From the NCBI GenBank assembly GCA_964016885.1, contig OZ024754.1, positions 27,900,001 through 27,964,000 on the forward strand: DNA of 64,000 nt. Reading direction: 5' to 3'. Shown one piece after another: positions 12,665 through 30,130 of this stretch (its first letter is position 1; each line of letters begins with the position of its first letter). Source of the DNA: Eledone cirrhosa. Its lineage: Eukaryota. Below the pieces are notes generated by a model. The model ran no database searches and was not told the origin of the DNA. It worked only from the letters and a program-made list of their open reading frames with translations. Both the position numbers and the translations under genes were made by a program.

Positions 12665-13207
12665 TCAGATATTCAGGACGTATCGGTGGGTTCTTGCTGT
12701 TCCCAGCAAGCATGCCTTTTGAAGTGTTCCAAAAAGCGGGGCTGGACTAATTTTCTTTAACCATCCTTGGAAACTCTTTGAGATAGTACCTAGTGCGCCT
12801 ATAACAATCGGGACGACCCTGACTTCATGGCAGTTCCAAATCCTTTTTACCTCCCACTTTAAGTCCTGGTATCGGTTAATTTTCTCCCTCTCCTTTTCTT
12901 GCACTCTCGTGTCAAATAAGCAGGCTACATCTACAATCAGGCATGATCTTTTTTTCCTTTCCAAAACCACCAGGTCAGGCCTATTGGGTTCCAGTTTCTT
13001 GTCCGTCTGTATCCTAAAATCCCATAGCACCTTCACCTGATCGTTTTCTATCACCGACTGTGGCTTATGCTCATACCACTTCTCAGAATGCGGTAAATTG
13101 TTTACTTTGCATAGGTGCCAGTGGATCACCCTGCCCATCACATCATGTCTCCAGCTTTTATAGTGAGTCTGGGCTAGGTGTTTACACTCGGATACAATGT
13201 GAGCCAC
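12665..13207 (-). pseudogene. Restriction-like (REL) endonuclease domain of the R4/Dong element
   Basis: RHD, WDF-x-IQTD, RPDLVV, D-x-A, EK-x-x-x-Y motifs. Confidence 0.85.
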
Positions 13208-13837
13208 AGTCTCCTCTCTCCACAGATCCTACACAGTGGGCTAGCCTCCTACTTGTAAATATGATGTTTCACCCACTTCGTTCTGAGGGCCTGCTCTTGC
13301 GCAGCCATTAGCATTCCTTCTGTAGCCCTTTTAAGGTCTCCACTTTTTAACCAGTTCCATGTCTGTGGATCTCTGAATTCAGTTTTCTCAAAGAAGGTAC
13401 TATGAAGGGATTTTTCATGAAGGTTGCTCTTCCTCCTTGCTGTTATTTCCTCCCTGGACATCCCCTGGTCTATTGTCTTCTCCTTCAGTACAATTCTGAG
13501 CATTTTCTCCCTAATGTCAGTTACGTATTTGTGCAGGTTGTTTTTCTCCATCTGAACACAGTGTTAAGAAAAGATAGAAAGTCGTGAAATATATACAATC
13601 ACTGTAATTCTTAATCTACATGTAAATGAATTTCATTCAAATAGAATTTGATACAGGTAAATTGCAAGCAAGTCAAATTTGATCTTGGAAAGGCAGAAGT
13701 GTACAAATAAGTTGATTAAAACATTAAATCCGGTGCTCAAATACGTCTGGAATTACGTTGACCTTAATGACGTTCATGTGAAAAAATCTAAGGAAATAAG
13801 TCGATGGTGAGATCAGACCAAGGAAACAGTGTTCCCA

Positions 13838-14467
13838 TTACTCTATGCTGATAAGACCTCTTCCACCTTCAGATCTCTTTAAGTAGAGTCTATTGACACC
13901 ACTCCTCTTGTGGAACATGTTGTAGATAGTCAATAGCTTCCTAGTCTTCCTATCCATTTCTTTTTGTTCAGCAACATTCCATTTCAGAATTCCCGCACTG
14001 TACCTAATAATAGTCACAGCTCGGGAGTTCACTGCACTTATGACATTCCTGCTATTTAGATGTGATTTTAATATGGCCCTTACTCTCCTAATGTACTCAG
14101 ATCTTATCAATTCCTTCATTGTTTTGTTCTTGATGTCATCTACCTCCAGAACACCTAAATATTTGTATCCTTCTTCAGTGTCAATTTCCTTTATTATCTC
14201 ACCTGTTGGTACCTGGATTCCGTTGCTTCTGCTCAATTTACCCCTCTTCATCATTAGGACTCCACACTTATTAATACCAAATTGCATACATATATCATTG
14301 CTGAAAATACGGACAGTGTCAACAAGTACTTCCAGCTCCTTCTCACTCTTCCCAAAGAGTTTAAGATCGTCCATGAAGAGGAGGTGATTGATGGTAAGCT
14401 CACCTTTTCCCAACTTGTATCCTCCTCTCACTTTTCGCAGTATAATAGTATCAGGGCAAGGACAAAT
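13838..14467 (-). pseudogene. RT C-terminal portion of the R4/Dong element
   Basis: FMDD catalytic motif, KC, YKYLG, RLYL-x-R-x-x-GGRGL. Confidence 0.85.
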
Positions 14468-14606
14468 ATTATTATTATTATTATTATTACTATTATTACT
14501 ATTATTGTTGGTGTTGGTGTTGTTGTCCTTGTTGTTAGGTAAACTTACTAGTTCATGTACGTTTATATTTTTTCATTTTGTATTTTCCATTTTATTTTCT
14601 CCATGT

Positions 14607-14692
<86 letters not shown>

Positions 14693-15444
14693 TGTCTGTC
14701 TGTATTTTTTTTTTTTTATTCAGATTTTGAAAGTAATCAATGATCCTAACGAATTAGACCAGATTTCCGTGCTCTGGCATAAATTTTGGGTGAATTAGTG
14801 GATGGTTTCTGGATTTTATATTGAAAAGATTATTTTCTGCCGCTAAAAGCAAAACAAAAAAGAAACAAAAAATATAAAGAAAAAACTGATAAATATATAA
14901 AGAAATGCTAGCAGGAATGAATGTAACTCTCAATCCTGTTAAACTATATCCTCCTTTCATTTATTCGCTTCTTCCCTCCTTCTTTCGTTCTGGCTTTCTC
15001 GACAGTTTTTTTCCTCTTTACTTTTACGCCAAGAATAAATTGTCTAAATCATATGACTTAGAAAATAAGACCATTCTGATCCGTGACAAATTAACTGCTT
15101 CTAGGAAAACAAAATATATGCAGTACAGTGAAAGATAAAACTAAGTATTGATATTCCAATCCTTAATGAAGCTAATATATAAAAGGGTTGTAAAAAATAA
15201 TTTAACATTTCTTCATTCCTAAGACAATATGTCGTAATAGTAATATGTTTAGCTGAAGTTTTCAACATGTTATGTTGGAGTCCTCATCTACAGTTAGATT
15301 AATTTAATAATATCCTACCTCAGGTCACATATATATTAAGGAACGAAACACTTGCTTGAGGGAAGTTTCCTCTCTGAAGACCTTCTGTTGTCCAGCGCTC
15401 ATGAGAGATTTCTGCCACTACAGATGACTTATAATAAAATGCAC

Positions 15445-15534
15445 ATGTATGGCTACGGTTAAGTAGTTCGCTTCGTAGTCAGGTAGACATATCTACCTGA
15501 CTACGAAGCGAACTACTTAACCGTAGCCATACAT
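15445..15534. repeat. Perfect 43-bp-arm palindrome with 4-nt loop
   Basis: atgtatggctacggttaagtagttcgcttcgtagtcaggtaga-cata-tctacctgactacgaagcgaactacttaaccgtagccatacat. Confidence 0.9.
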
Positions 15535-15577
15535 CTTGTGAGGGAAATTCGGTGTACGAGATCTGAGTAGAATCCCG

Positions 15578-15612
<35 letters not shown>

Positions 15613-15615
<3 letters not shown>

Positions 15616-15794
15616 CGAAGGAAATGTGGTAAGGAACCAGGTGGACCATAACGCACCAAAGTACTCAATACTTAGGGTAGTAGAATGGATAATAGGAACA
15701 AGTAGGACCCCGACGGCTGAGCTCAATTAGCCGTCGGCTGTCCAGAATTAGCCGTCGAAACGGCTTGAGCTCAGCCGTCGGGGTCCTACTCGTT

Positions 15795-15798
<4 letters not shown>
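15613..15798 (+). mobile_element. ~195-bp hairpin-ended (TA)n-inserted element (family HP), apex rearranged
   Basis: taacgaaggaaatgtgg...cttagggtagtaga...ggaccccgacggctgagctcaa...ttgagctcagccgtcggggtcc; (TA)n on both sides. Confidence 0.75.
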
Positions 15799-15875
<77 letters not shown>

Positions 15876-15967
15876 GTTTACATATATATATATATATATA
15901 TGTGTGTGTTTTGCAACGGGTCACTTTGTGGCTCAATGAAGAGTTAATAAATTAAACAGTCAGAGCT

Positions 15968-16202
15968 ATATATCATAAAACATGTCTATAGAATCACCAG
16001 ATAAAATATATACCGTTTCCTCTCCCAATTAGCATAATTAACCATATAAAAAATCAATTAGACCAAGCTATAAGAATAAAGGCTCCTATGAAGAAATCTC
16101 CGACAAATAACCGAAAGCAGCCTTTCGCGGCGGTTGCGCTAATTGGGAGAGGAAACGGTATATATTTTATCTGGTGATTCTATAGACATGTTTTATGATA
16201 TA
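15968..16202. repeat. Fold-back element with ~66-bp inverted arms; arms carry a truncated HHR-like start (attttat CTGGTGA)
   Basis: tatcataaaacatgtctatagaatcaccag...cccaattagc is the reverse complement of gctaattggg...ctggtgattctatagacatgttttatgata. Confidence 0.7.
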
Positions 16203-16220
16203 TATATATATATATATTAT

Positions 16221-16273
16221 ATTTTGTCTGATGAGGACGTACTGTTGTACATCCGAAATATGTATAATAAAAT
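16221..16273 (+). ncRNA. Type I hammerhead ribozyme (family B)
   Basis: attttgt CTGATGA ggacgtac-tgtt-gtacatcc GAA A-tatgta-T A ataaaat. Confidence 0.82.
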
Positions 16274-16315
16274 GTAATTGATCAAAAGAACATCTATTTT
16301 ATTAATATTTATATT

Positions 16316-16355
<40 letters not shown>

Positions 16356-16397
16356 AATATAAATATTAATAGAATAGATGTTCTTTTGATCAATTAC

Positions 16398-16450
16398 ATT
16401 TTATTATACATATTTCGGATGTACAACAGTACGTCCTCATCAGACAAAAT
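16398..16450 (-). ncRNA. Type I hammerhead ribozyme (family B), inverted copy
   Basis: Reverse complement of 16221-16273. Confidence 0.8.
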
Positions 16451-16612
16451 ATAATTGATCAAAAGAACATCTATTTTATTAATATTTATATTTTAATATT
16501 AATAACTTCTGAAAAAATTTTTTTTCCCGTAGAGTGCTTCCATTCTACTGTAAAACTCATTCTTTGATATAATCATTGAATATCGTTTAACACTTTAATA
16601 TATATATATATA

Positions 16613-16674
<62 letters not shown>

Positions 16675-16681
<7 letters not shown>

Positions 16682-17093
16682 TAAAAAAATAATGAATAAA
16701 ACAATGAAACAGTTCCTTATATTAAACAAAAAAAGTTCATTATTTAACGATCGTTTCTAGGATATATATGTGTTAGAATTGGCATGCATATTCAACAGAT
16801 CTATGTACAAAATTATACAAAATTATACAAACTATCAAAATTAAATATACATACCAACACATATATATGCCGTCTTCAGAATTATTTCTGAAGACGGCAT
16901 ATATATGTGTTGGTATGTATATTTAATTTTGATAGTTTGTATAATTTTGTATAATTTTGTACATAGATCTGTTGAATATGCATGCCAATTCTAACACATA
17001 TATATCCTAGAAACGATCGTTAAATAATGAACTTTTTTTGTTTAATATAAGGAACTGTTTCATTGTTTTATTCATTATTTTTTTAATATTTTA
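16675..17093. repeat. Near-perfect fold-back (~205-bp arms, centre ~16881-16886) adjacent to (TA)n
   Basis: ...gccgtcttcagaattatttctgaagacggc... with symmetric arms. Confidence 0.85.
16881..17028 (+). ncRNA. Type I hammerhead ribozyme with a very long stem II (family C)
   Basis: attattt CTGAAGA [cggc-atatatatgtgttgg...ctaacacatatatat-ccta] GAA A-cgatcg-T T aaataat. Confidence 0.68.
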
Positions 17094-17270
17094 TCTTGAC
17101 TCTGTATTCCGTTTATCTTTCACCGAAAGTGATATTTCATTGCATCTCTTCTTTCCATGATATCCGGATTACATTGAGTTCTTCATACGGATTGGACACT
17201 ACCGTAAACTCTTGGTAGATTTATCTACATATATATATATATATGTATATAATATATATATATATATATA

Positions 17271-18500
<1,230 letters not shown>

Positions 18501-18905
18501 CATGTTACTAACAGACGGATAGACATATAGACATTTGTATAAATCAAAGCACATAAATATACACATACAATGTATGTTATATTTAGTTGTATCAACACGT
18601 GTACACATACATACATACATACATACATACATACATACATACATACATACATACATACATACATACATACATCTTTGCATATAGGTATGTATGTAGGTAT
18701 GGGTGAATGTATATATGTATGTATGTATTTATGTATGTATATATATGTATGTATATATGTATATATATATATATATGTATGTATGTATGTATGTATATAT
18801 ATATGTATGTATTTGTGTAAATATGTATGCATGTATGTGTGTATGTATATGTGTGTGTATATATGTATGTATGTATGTATGCATGTATATATATATGTAT
18901 GTATG

Positions 18906-18975
<70 letters not shown>

Positions 18976-19355
18976 GGGGTGGGGGTGGGGGTGGGTACAT
19001 TAATGCAAAAACACCTTCACAATAACAAAGCTGTTTATTCAAACCATGAGATTTTCTTTTTTGATATTCCAGTGTTCTCTGTATAAATGCAAGTGGCATT
19101 TTTTTTGTAGTTATTTGTAACAATCTTAATCACTTCCAATGGTATCATAAATCATTTATATAAAGGCTACTTGCTTTCGCATGTATATATTCAGATTCTG
19201 TTCCCAAACTTTATATAAATGATATTTATGTAGTTAATATAACTGTGTAACATATATAAGTATAAATTTACTTAAGCACTCGTGCGTGCATGCTTGTCCT
19301 TATGTCTGTATCTGTGTTTGTGTAAGCGTGTGTTTCTGATTGTCAGTGTGTTTGT

Positions 19356-19389
<34 letters not shown>

Positions 19390-19918
19390 TCGTGTGTGTG
19401 TGTGCGTGTGCTTGTTCGCTTGTGTCTCTGTTTCCTGTATGTGATTGTGTGTGTGTATATATATATATATGCTTGTTTGTTTGTGTGGTTTCTGTATGTG
19501 TTTGTGTGTATGCGCATGTGTGTTTCTGTCTATACGTGTATGTATATCTGCATTTATATATCTCAGAGAGTCTGTTAACTCATCCATTTAGTATACAATG
19601 CCTTTTGACAGCTTAATCATATTATTAACAATGGAAACTTAAAAGTGCTCTTACAATTCAGTATTTCTCGGTTTCACAACCACATTATTTCCTTTTCGCC
19701 ATTTTTCATTCTGTGATTGTCGGTTCCACAACGTCATTCATTCTTTTCTTCTATTTTCCAAATAACTCCGGCAGCTGCATGGTAAACAGTGTGTTGTGTT
19801 AAACAGATAAATATTCTGACAGAATATAAATTGGAGTATTTCAGTAGGTACTTGGTACTTATGGCTAATATTATATGATATGTTTATATATATAATATGC
19901 TTATATGTATAATATATG

Positions 19919-19993
<75 letters not shown>

Positions 19994-20059
19994 AGAGCAA
20001 ATATGGTAGCAGTATCAACTGCAGCACTAAAGATACCATGTAGTATTTGTCTAAAATAC

Positions 20060-20412
20060 AGAGCTTAAGTCCTGTCCAAAACCATTTTCCACGGCACGGT
20101 TGAAGGATTGCGAAGAAAAGACAGACAGATACAATCCTGGTCCAATAACATCAAGGACTAGACAGTTTTCAATATTGAAACACTTTTGCATATGACAGAG
20201 GATATAGATCAGAGGTGATTGCTGTGCTGAATGTCAGATTTTGTTCGACAACATCAAGGACTGGACAGGATTCGACATTGCAACACTTTACCTATACGAG
20301 AGAAGACAAGAACCAGTGGCGATTGCTGACTGATTGCATAAGGCCGTCCAGAACTGCACCCCAGCCATTGACTGCTCAAGTTACAGGAAAAAATGAAATG
20401 AGATGAAATATG
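20060..20412 (+). mobile_element. 3' end of another RTE-like LINE, with a local tandem duplication
   Basis: Two copies of acatcaaggact(a/g)gacag (DNIK-x-WTG-like) and a short tgaaa-type tail. Confidence 0.45.
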
Positions 20413-21831
20413 ATGGTTTAATATCGTATATCAATCAAGTTCTATCTATTCTAAGTTGATGGTGATTATTTACCAACAGGAAGATTACGATTATATCTGA
20501 GATTAAATACTTTGTCGCTTGTATTCATCTTCTGGGTCATTGCTCGGAAAGTATCTTAGCGCATTAGCTATAAGCCTATCTAAACTGCAATGTTCATACA
20601 CAATTAATTAATCTTTGTGATATTACAAATCGCATAAAGCTGAAACAAAATACCGCTTATCGTCAAATCTAACATGAGACGCCCGTTTCTGAAATTCTAA
20701 GGTCCTTATTGGTTTGATATGTGTGTGGGTGTGTATTTGTGTGTGTGGCGGGGGGCAAGTATTTTTCAGCTTAAGGAATATATTCTTGTATTCTAAACCA
20801 AAATCATCCTGGAAGGTAATCAATCCGTGACCATTCCATACTTTTCCTAAAAGGAGCTAAACCAAAAATACTTTATCTAATGTATAAGCATTTTCTAACA
20901 GGGTCAGGATTGAAGAATACTGTTCCAAGAACTGCTGAAATCTTACCTCCGTCTGCTAGGAGTCGATACACGCAGATAGTGTCAGAAATGGAAAGACCAA
21001 ATGGTTTCCTAGTTTTGACCTGGTGATCGGCTCCTTTCTGTTTTTAACAGCACATGAACCCCCATTTGCCCACAAAAGTGAAAGATGGGGAGAGCAAGAG
21101 AGATGGAAGCAATGACAGTCGGAGTTTGGTTCTATTGTGTTCGCACTTAATATGTATAAATATATTTATTTACCACGCCACATTAACTGTATATTACCAC
21201 AGCTGTCTAATTCATTGTAAACGTACAATGAACAGATAATATGATAGATATAAATTTATTGATAAATAATATAAAACTTTGATATATATATTTTGTTTAA
21301 TATTATATATATTCTTCTATAATGAATATTTAATTAGAGTATAAGTTAAGTGTCATATAATAAGAACCATATAATAAAATCTCAATCCTCATTTAAGGTC
21401 GTTTCGCTTGACTACTGGTTCAAATGACATTTGGATTGGCGTGACTGCATAACATTCCTTGCCATTGTCTCTTACATTGTTACTTCCCGGAATAAATAAA
21501 ATATTGGCATCTATCAAAAAAGAAACCGATATATTATCAATTATTTGATATACTATTAATATTTTGTTCTATGTTTGGTTATACACAATTTTGAACACAC
21601 ACACGCACACACACACACACACACACACTCACACAAACACTCACACACACATATATATATATATGTGTGTGTGTGTATATATATGTATATGTATATAAAA
21701 GAGAAGGAGAGAGGAGGTAAAGGAGAGAAAGGAAAAAGAAAAGTGTGTATAAAAATATACAACCAAAGTATTTGACTTCACACACACACACAGATCATAC
21801 ATATATACACTCACACACGCATATGTATGTA

Positions 21832-21895
<64 letters not shown>

Positions 21896-23098
21896 GAGAG
21901 AGAGAGGGGGGAGAGCGAGACATACATATATGGAGATAGACTGAGTGAGGGAAGGAGCTTATTTAAACAAGAACAAAATGCCAGATGACTACAGGGTGAG
22001 GAGATAAGTAAGATAGTGGTGAATATTAGAAATATATCCGGAAGCTATAATTAACACCTACTAAAGCCAGGACACTATACTAATGCAATTTACTGGAACA
22101 CCTGAGCACTCAATTCAATTATACTGTTTTACTCATCATTGCTAATTTTATTACATCTACTGGGAAATATCGACGAAAATAAGTGCAACCATTGAAATTA
22201 TAAGCATGGCATATTTTGAAATGTTTCGTATGGCAGAGGGAAAAAAACAATCTCTTTGTTTATTTTTTATGTTTTGTTGTTGTTTTTCTTATTCCGTAAC
22301 AGGATTCAAAAGACGACTAATGATCGAATTTTGTATATGTTGGATACAGTTACTAATACCATAGGGCTCTTATATATAAGGGCAGTGTTCCACTATATGC
22401 ACAGTCCATGGGCTGAAACAAGTAAAATAGTTTATACAAATACATATACAAATCCTACATATACAAGATGGCTGCTCCCTCGTTATCGAGTATGGTCATT
22501 GCACGATATAACATTATTAATAATTATTAATTAACTCTATCGTGCAATGGCTGTGCGTGAAGATATTTTTTAAAGTGAGGAAAGACTGTGCACTGAGCCA
22601 ATCCCACTCTCTGAGCAACAGTAGCTATAACTCGAAAAGAAGAAAAGATGAACATCATCGGTAACGACTGGGCCGCAGGTTTTATATCGGTGTTATCCCA
22701 GTTTCCTGAGTTGCCTTCTCCTAGAAGAATGCCCTGACAAAGGCTAGGGGTCCTTCACTCCCAGTGGTTTAACCACGCGATCGGGTGTCCAGTCCGACTA
22801 TTTCTATGTCTCCGCGCATATGCATACACATGGACCCATGTATATACACATATACATACATATGTACATGTTTATATACATATTTACACACTTTTGGATG
22901 GCCGTTGACTCTTATGAGTTCTTCCGCCCTTTGTCAGGTTTTGTTTTTTGTCCTGCAGAGTGTCCAAAATCCCCCTCTTCACCAAGTAAACTTGATGGGG
23001 TTGCCGGTTTAGTCGCCGACGACCCGACCAGGTTATACTGGGTTACATGTTACCAGTAGCACTCAAGAGTGACGCGACATATACAAATACATACATAC

Positions 23099-23175
<77 letters not shown>

Positions 23176-23195
23176 CATACATATATGTATATATA

Positions 23196-23290
<95 letters not shown>

Positions 23291-23412
23291 TTCAGGTTAT
23301 CAATAATGCAGTGATAATATATCGTCACGTGAGAGATGAACAGCGTACGTGTAGGTTTGCTCAAAGAGTATAAGTTATATTCCGGAGAAAATGTAGAAAA
23401 GATGAATATAAA

Positions 23413-26795
<3,383 letters not shown>

Positions 26796-26957
26796 ATATA
26801 TATATATATATATATTTATATATGTATGTATGTATATATATATATGTATATATATTATATTATATATATTATATATATATATTATATACATATATATACA
26901 TATATATATATTATATATTATATATATATATATTATATATATTATATATATATATAC

Positions 26958-27019
<62 letters not shown>

Positions 27020-27168
27020 TATATTATATTATATAATAAACAGCTCTGTACTATACATAGAGCACTCTCCTTTCCTTTACTTCATCTACGGAAATACATA
27101 ACATATATATATACATACATACATATATTACATATTTATATATATATATGTGTATATATATATACGTT

Positions 27169-27224
<56 letters not shown>

Positions 27225-27228
<4 letters not shown>

Positions 27229-27372
27229 AAAATAGTCAGGACCCCGACGACTGAGCTCCGGCCGTTTCGACAACTAGATCCAAACTCTGATTCTTTTCCT
27301 ATTACCCACTCTACTACCCTAAGTATCGCGTACTCTGGTGCGTTTTGGTACCCCTGGTTTCCACACTCTCTT
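27225..27372 (-). mobile_element. Family HP copy, partly deleted
   Basis: ggaccccgacgactgagctc...ttacccactctactaccctaagtat. Confidence 0.65.
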
Positions 27373-27407
27373 TATTATAATTATATATATATGAGTGTGT
27401 GTGTGTG

Positions 27408-27453
<46 letters not shown>

Positions 27454-27480
27454 TAGCAGAAGTGCCCGGCGTTGCTCGGG

Positions 27481-29451
27481 GTCATCTATAACTGTAGGGT
27501 CTATTTTGGTGACCAACCAAACCAAAATGTGCGCGTGTGGCAACCCTCTCTTCTGCCACTCAACAGTATACATGTGGCACTTAACAGGCCCCAAAACCTG
27601 CCCCTTTTTGATTAAATCAATTATCTTAGCCAGCTTCAGTCTAAAAACCCTGGCAATAATATCATGGCGATGTCAGTACTGCTGCCCTGGGAAAAGTTCT
27701 CGCGTTACCTCAACCCACTTCGGGTTACACGTAAACGTGATGAATAAATCGGGGCGCCCATAATGCCGAACGAAAGTCATAGCGTCTTGTGATCGCTCGT
27801 GCATGTACCGTGGCCCCCCTGTATATGTTGAGGGTAGAATGCACATTTTGCCGATGTTCCGGGGGTCAGTGTCATTCCTGATGCCGTCACACAAATGGAT
27901 GTAGGAGTCTGAGCGCAGCTGATTCTGATTCAATTTTATGAAACACAGTCTCTCCGACTCCATCTTTGCAACCATGTCAACGGCAAACTGGTGAAACAGT
28001 TCCCGTGATCTGTGCAAGGGGCTAAAATCATTATGCCTTGTCATGAAGCGGTATGAGTAGAAAGCCATACATGAAACAGTTTTAGATGTCGCAGCAGTGG
28101 GCTCGTTTGGTTTGCACTGAGGAATGCCGAAATGGTAGCCGTCTTCTCCGTATGCAAAAAGAAGGGGATACTGCAGGGCGTCGTAGGAACGATGTGTCTC
28201 ATTAATACGTTGAAGACCACTGTCACGGCTTTGAAGAACTATGTCTCGCTTATTGTGCTGTTCACCATGGAGAACTACAGCCACTTCATTGTACGAAGGA
28301 GCGTTATAACGGCGTGCGTGCTCTCCAGAAGGTCTTTTGTCAGCATCGATGACAATGGGGAAGTTTGGTGAAGGAGCTGTTTCCAAGGCGTATTTAAAAC
28401 TGCGAATATAGCTGTTGTGCTCATGAAGCATGTTTTGCAGACTGAGCAGCACGTCCCTGTCAAAGTTGTCAGCGTCATTGTTTGCAGGTGGTGGAATAGC
28501 GCCAAACCGCACATCAACTTGCCTACTGTAGTTCGAAATAAAGTAAATTTGAAGGAACGAAGGCTTGCAATTTTGTAGTGGCTGGAGCGACCCAATAAGA
28601 TTGTACACCTGCCCCTGGACCTTGAAAGTAGGCATCCAACCTCTTTCTCTGACAACGTTAGCCCCGAAAGAAGTCATCTGAAACGCACAATTGTATTTCC
28701 TGATGATCTGAAGGAATTTGGATGACCTTCAGGTATAACCAGTCAGTAGTTCCTTCAAAGGCTCTGGCGGTTCCGGAAGAGGGGGCAAGATGGCCTTATC
28801 GTTTAAGCAGCACATTGCAGGTGGCTCCCCAGCCCACTTTGTCGCATTACAGAATTGGTAATTGAAGCGCATCTCGCCTATATTTATGTCAGGGCGCATC
28901 GAGTAATTAACGTTTTGCTCATACTTGAAAGCCCGTAGGTGCCAGTAAGGGCTGTTGGGGCTCGTCACACCGCGTGCAGCTTCTCGCCGTCGACTGTTAC
29001 TCTTGAACGTAGAACATTGGTCGTGTGGTTGGTGGGAAGGTCTGGCAGCAATAGCAGAAGCAACATTTGCAATGCTAATGGACCGCCCGTCTGCATCTTC
29101 AGAAGCCATGGAAGTAGTCATAGCCGCTGCGTTCGTAGGAAGGCGAGCCGTCCGTTGTTTTAAACGTTCCAAAGACCTGGAAGCAGCATTAGTCGCAGCG
29201 TTTCTAGCCAGGCGCTTCGACCTTTGTTCACGGCTCTCTGAAGCCCTGGAAGAAGCCTGGTATGAAGCCATTTTGGCTAGGCGTGCGGTGCGCTGTTGGA
29301 CACTTTCAGCGGCTCGACATTCTGCTGAACGTAAGGCTGTCTGTGAAAGTCTTGAAGCATTTTCCTCAGAGGACTCGTTTGCTATAGTAGCCTTTTGCGC
29401 CACTGCTGACGCGGTATGTCGACTGAGGCGACTTCTCTTTTTAGGTGGCAT
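27481..29451 (-). pseudogene. Helitron RepHel N-terminal and Rep region: one frame with two in-frame stops (28729, 27673)
   Basis: R-x-x-RL repeats, C...MCC, FKVQGQVY, YDALQYPLLF-x-x-GEDG, LPSTYTGGPRYM, PDLFITFTCNPKW, EWQKRGLPHAHIL (HUH); no YxxKY or Pif1 helicase. Confidence 0.88.
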
Positions 29452-29581
29452 TTTATGTCCAAAAGAAAGGGTGAAAGTTACTTCTACAGAAAAATTGACT
29501 TTGAAAGTCTACTGTCTGTTTATGAATATTGTTATTGTTGTTGTGATACAAATGTTAGTAAGTAAATGGGTATCGAAAAAT

Positions 29582-29823
29582 AAAGGGTGAAAGTTACTTC
29601 AACATAAAAATTGACTTTGAAAGTATAAGGCTGATAATTGAATGTAAAAAGATTGATAAGAAAGCCCCCCCCCCCCAAAAAAAATGTACAGGTATTTGTA
29701 TGTATGTGTGTATTTTTATGTCGAAAAGAAAGGGTTAAAGTTACTTCTACAGAAAAATATAGTTTGAAAGTGTAAGGCCGATGTGTGTGTAAATTAAGTG
29801 ACAGGTATTTGTATGTATGTGTG

Positions 29824-29855
<32 letters not shown>

Positions 29856-30130
29856 TGTATGTATGTATGTATGTATGTATTAAAGGTTGAAAGTTACTTC
29901 AACATAAAAATTTACTTTGAAAGTATAAGGCTGATAATTGAATGTAAAAAGATTGATAAGAAAGGCCTCCCCAAAAGAATTTACAGGTATTTGTATGTAT
30001 GTGTGTATTTTTATGTCGAAAATAAAGGGTTAAAGTTACTTATACTGAAAATTTAGTTTGAAAGTGTAAGGCCGATGTGTGTGTAAATTAAGTGACAGGT
30101 ATTTGTATGTATGTGTGTATATGTATGTAT
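29582..30130. repeat. ~295-bp tandem duplication in the Helitron 5' region
   Basis: aaagttacttcaacataaaaa...gtgacaggtatttgtatgtatg occurs twice. Confidence 0.75.

Larger units (their letters stand above)
12591..14467 (-). mobile_element. 5'-truncated R4/Dong-clade non-LTR retrotransposon (RT + CCHC + restriction-like endonuclease), pseudogenised, inserted in (TAA)n
   Basis: HLLFMDDLKLF, YKYLGV, GGRGL, AAQEQAL, CRIC...ETVAHIVSEC, RHD, RPDLVV...IVDVA...EK-x-x-x-Y, PIVIGALG. TAA-type repeats at both ends; stop at 13249, frameshift near 13215, insertion 13562-13840. Confidence 0.88.

Noticed and set aside
28955-29590. 211-aa plus-strand ORF
   Set aside because: Antisense shadow of the Ala/Arg/Ser-rich Helitron N-terminus. 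The same applies to ORFs antisense to the LINEs.
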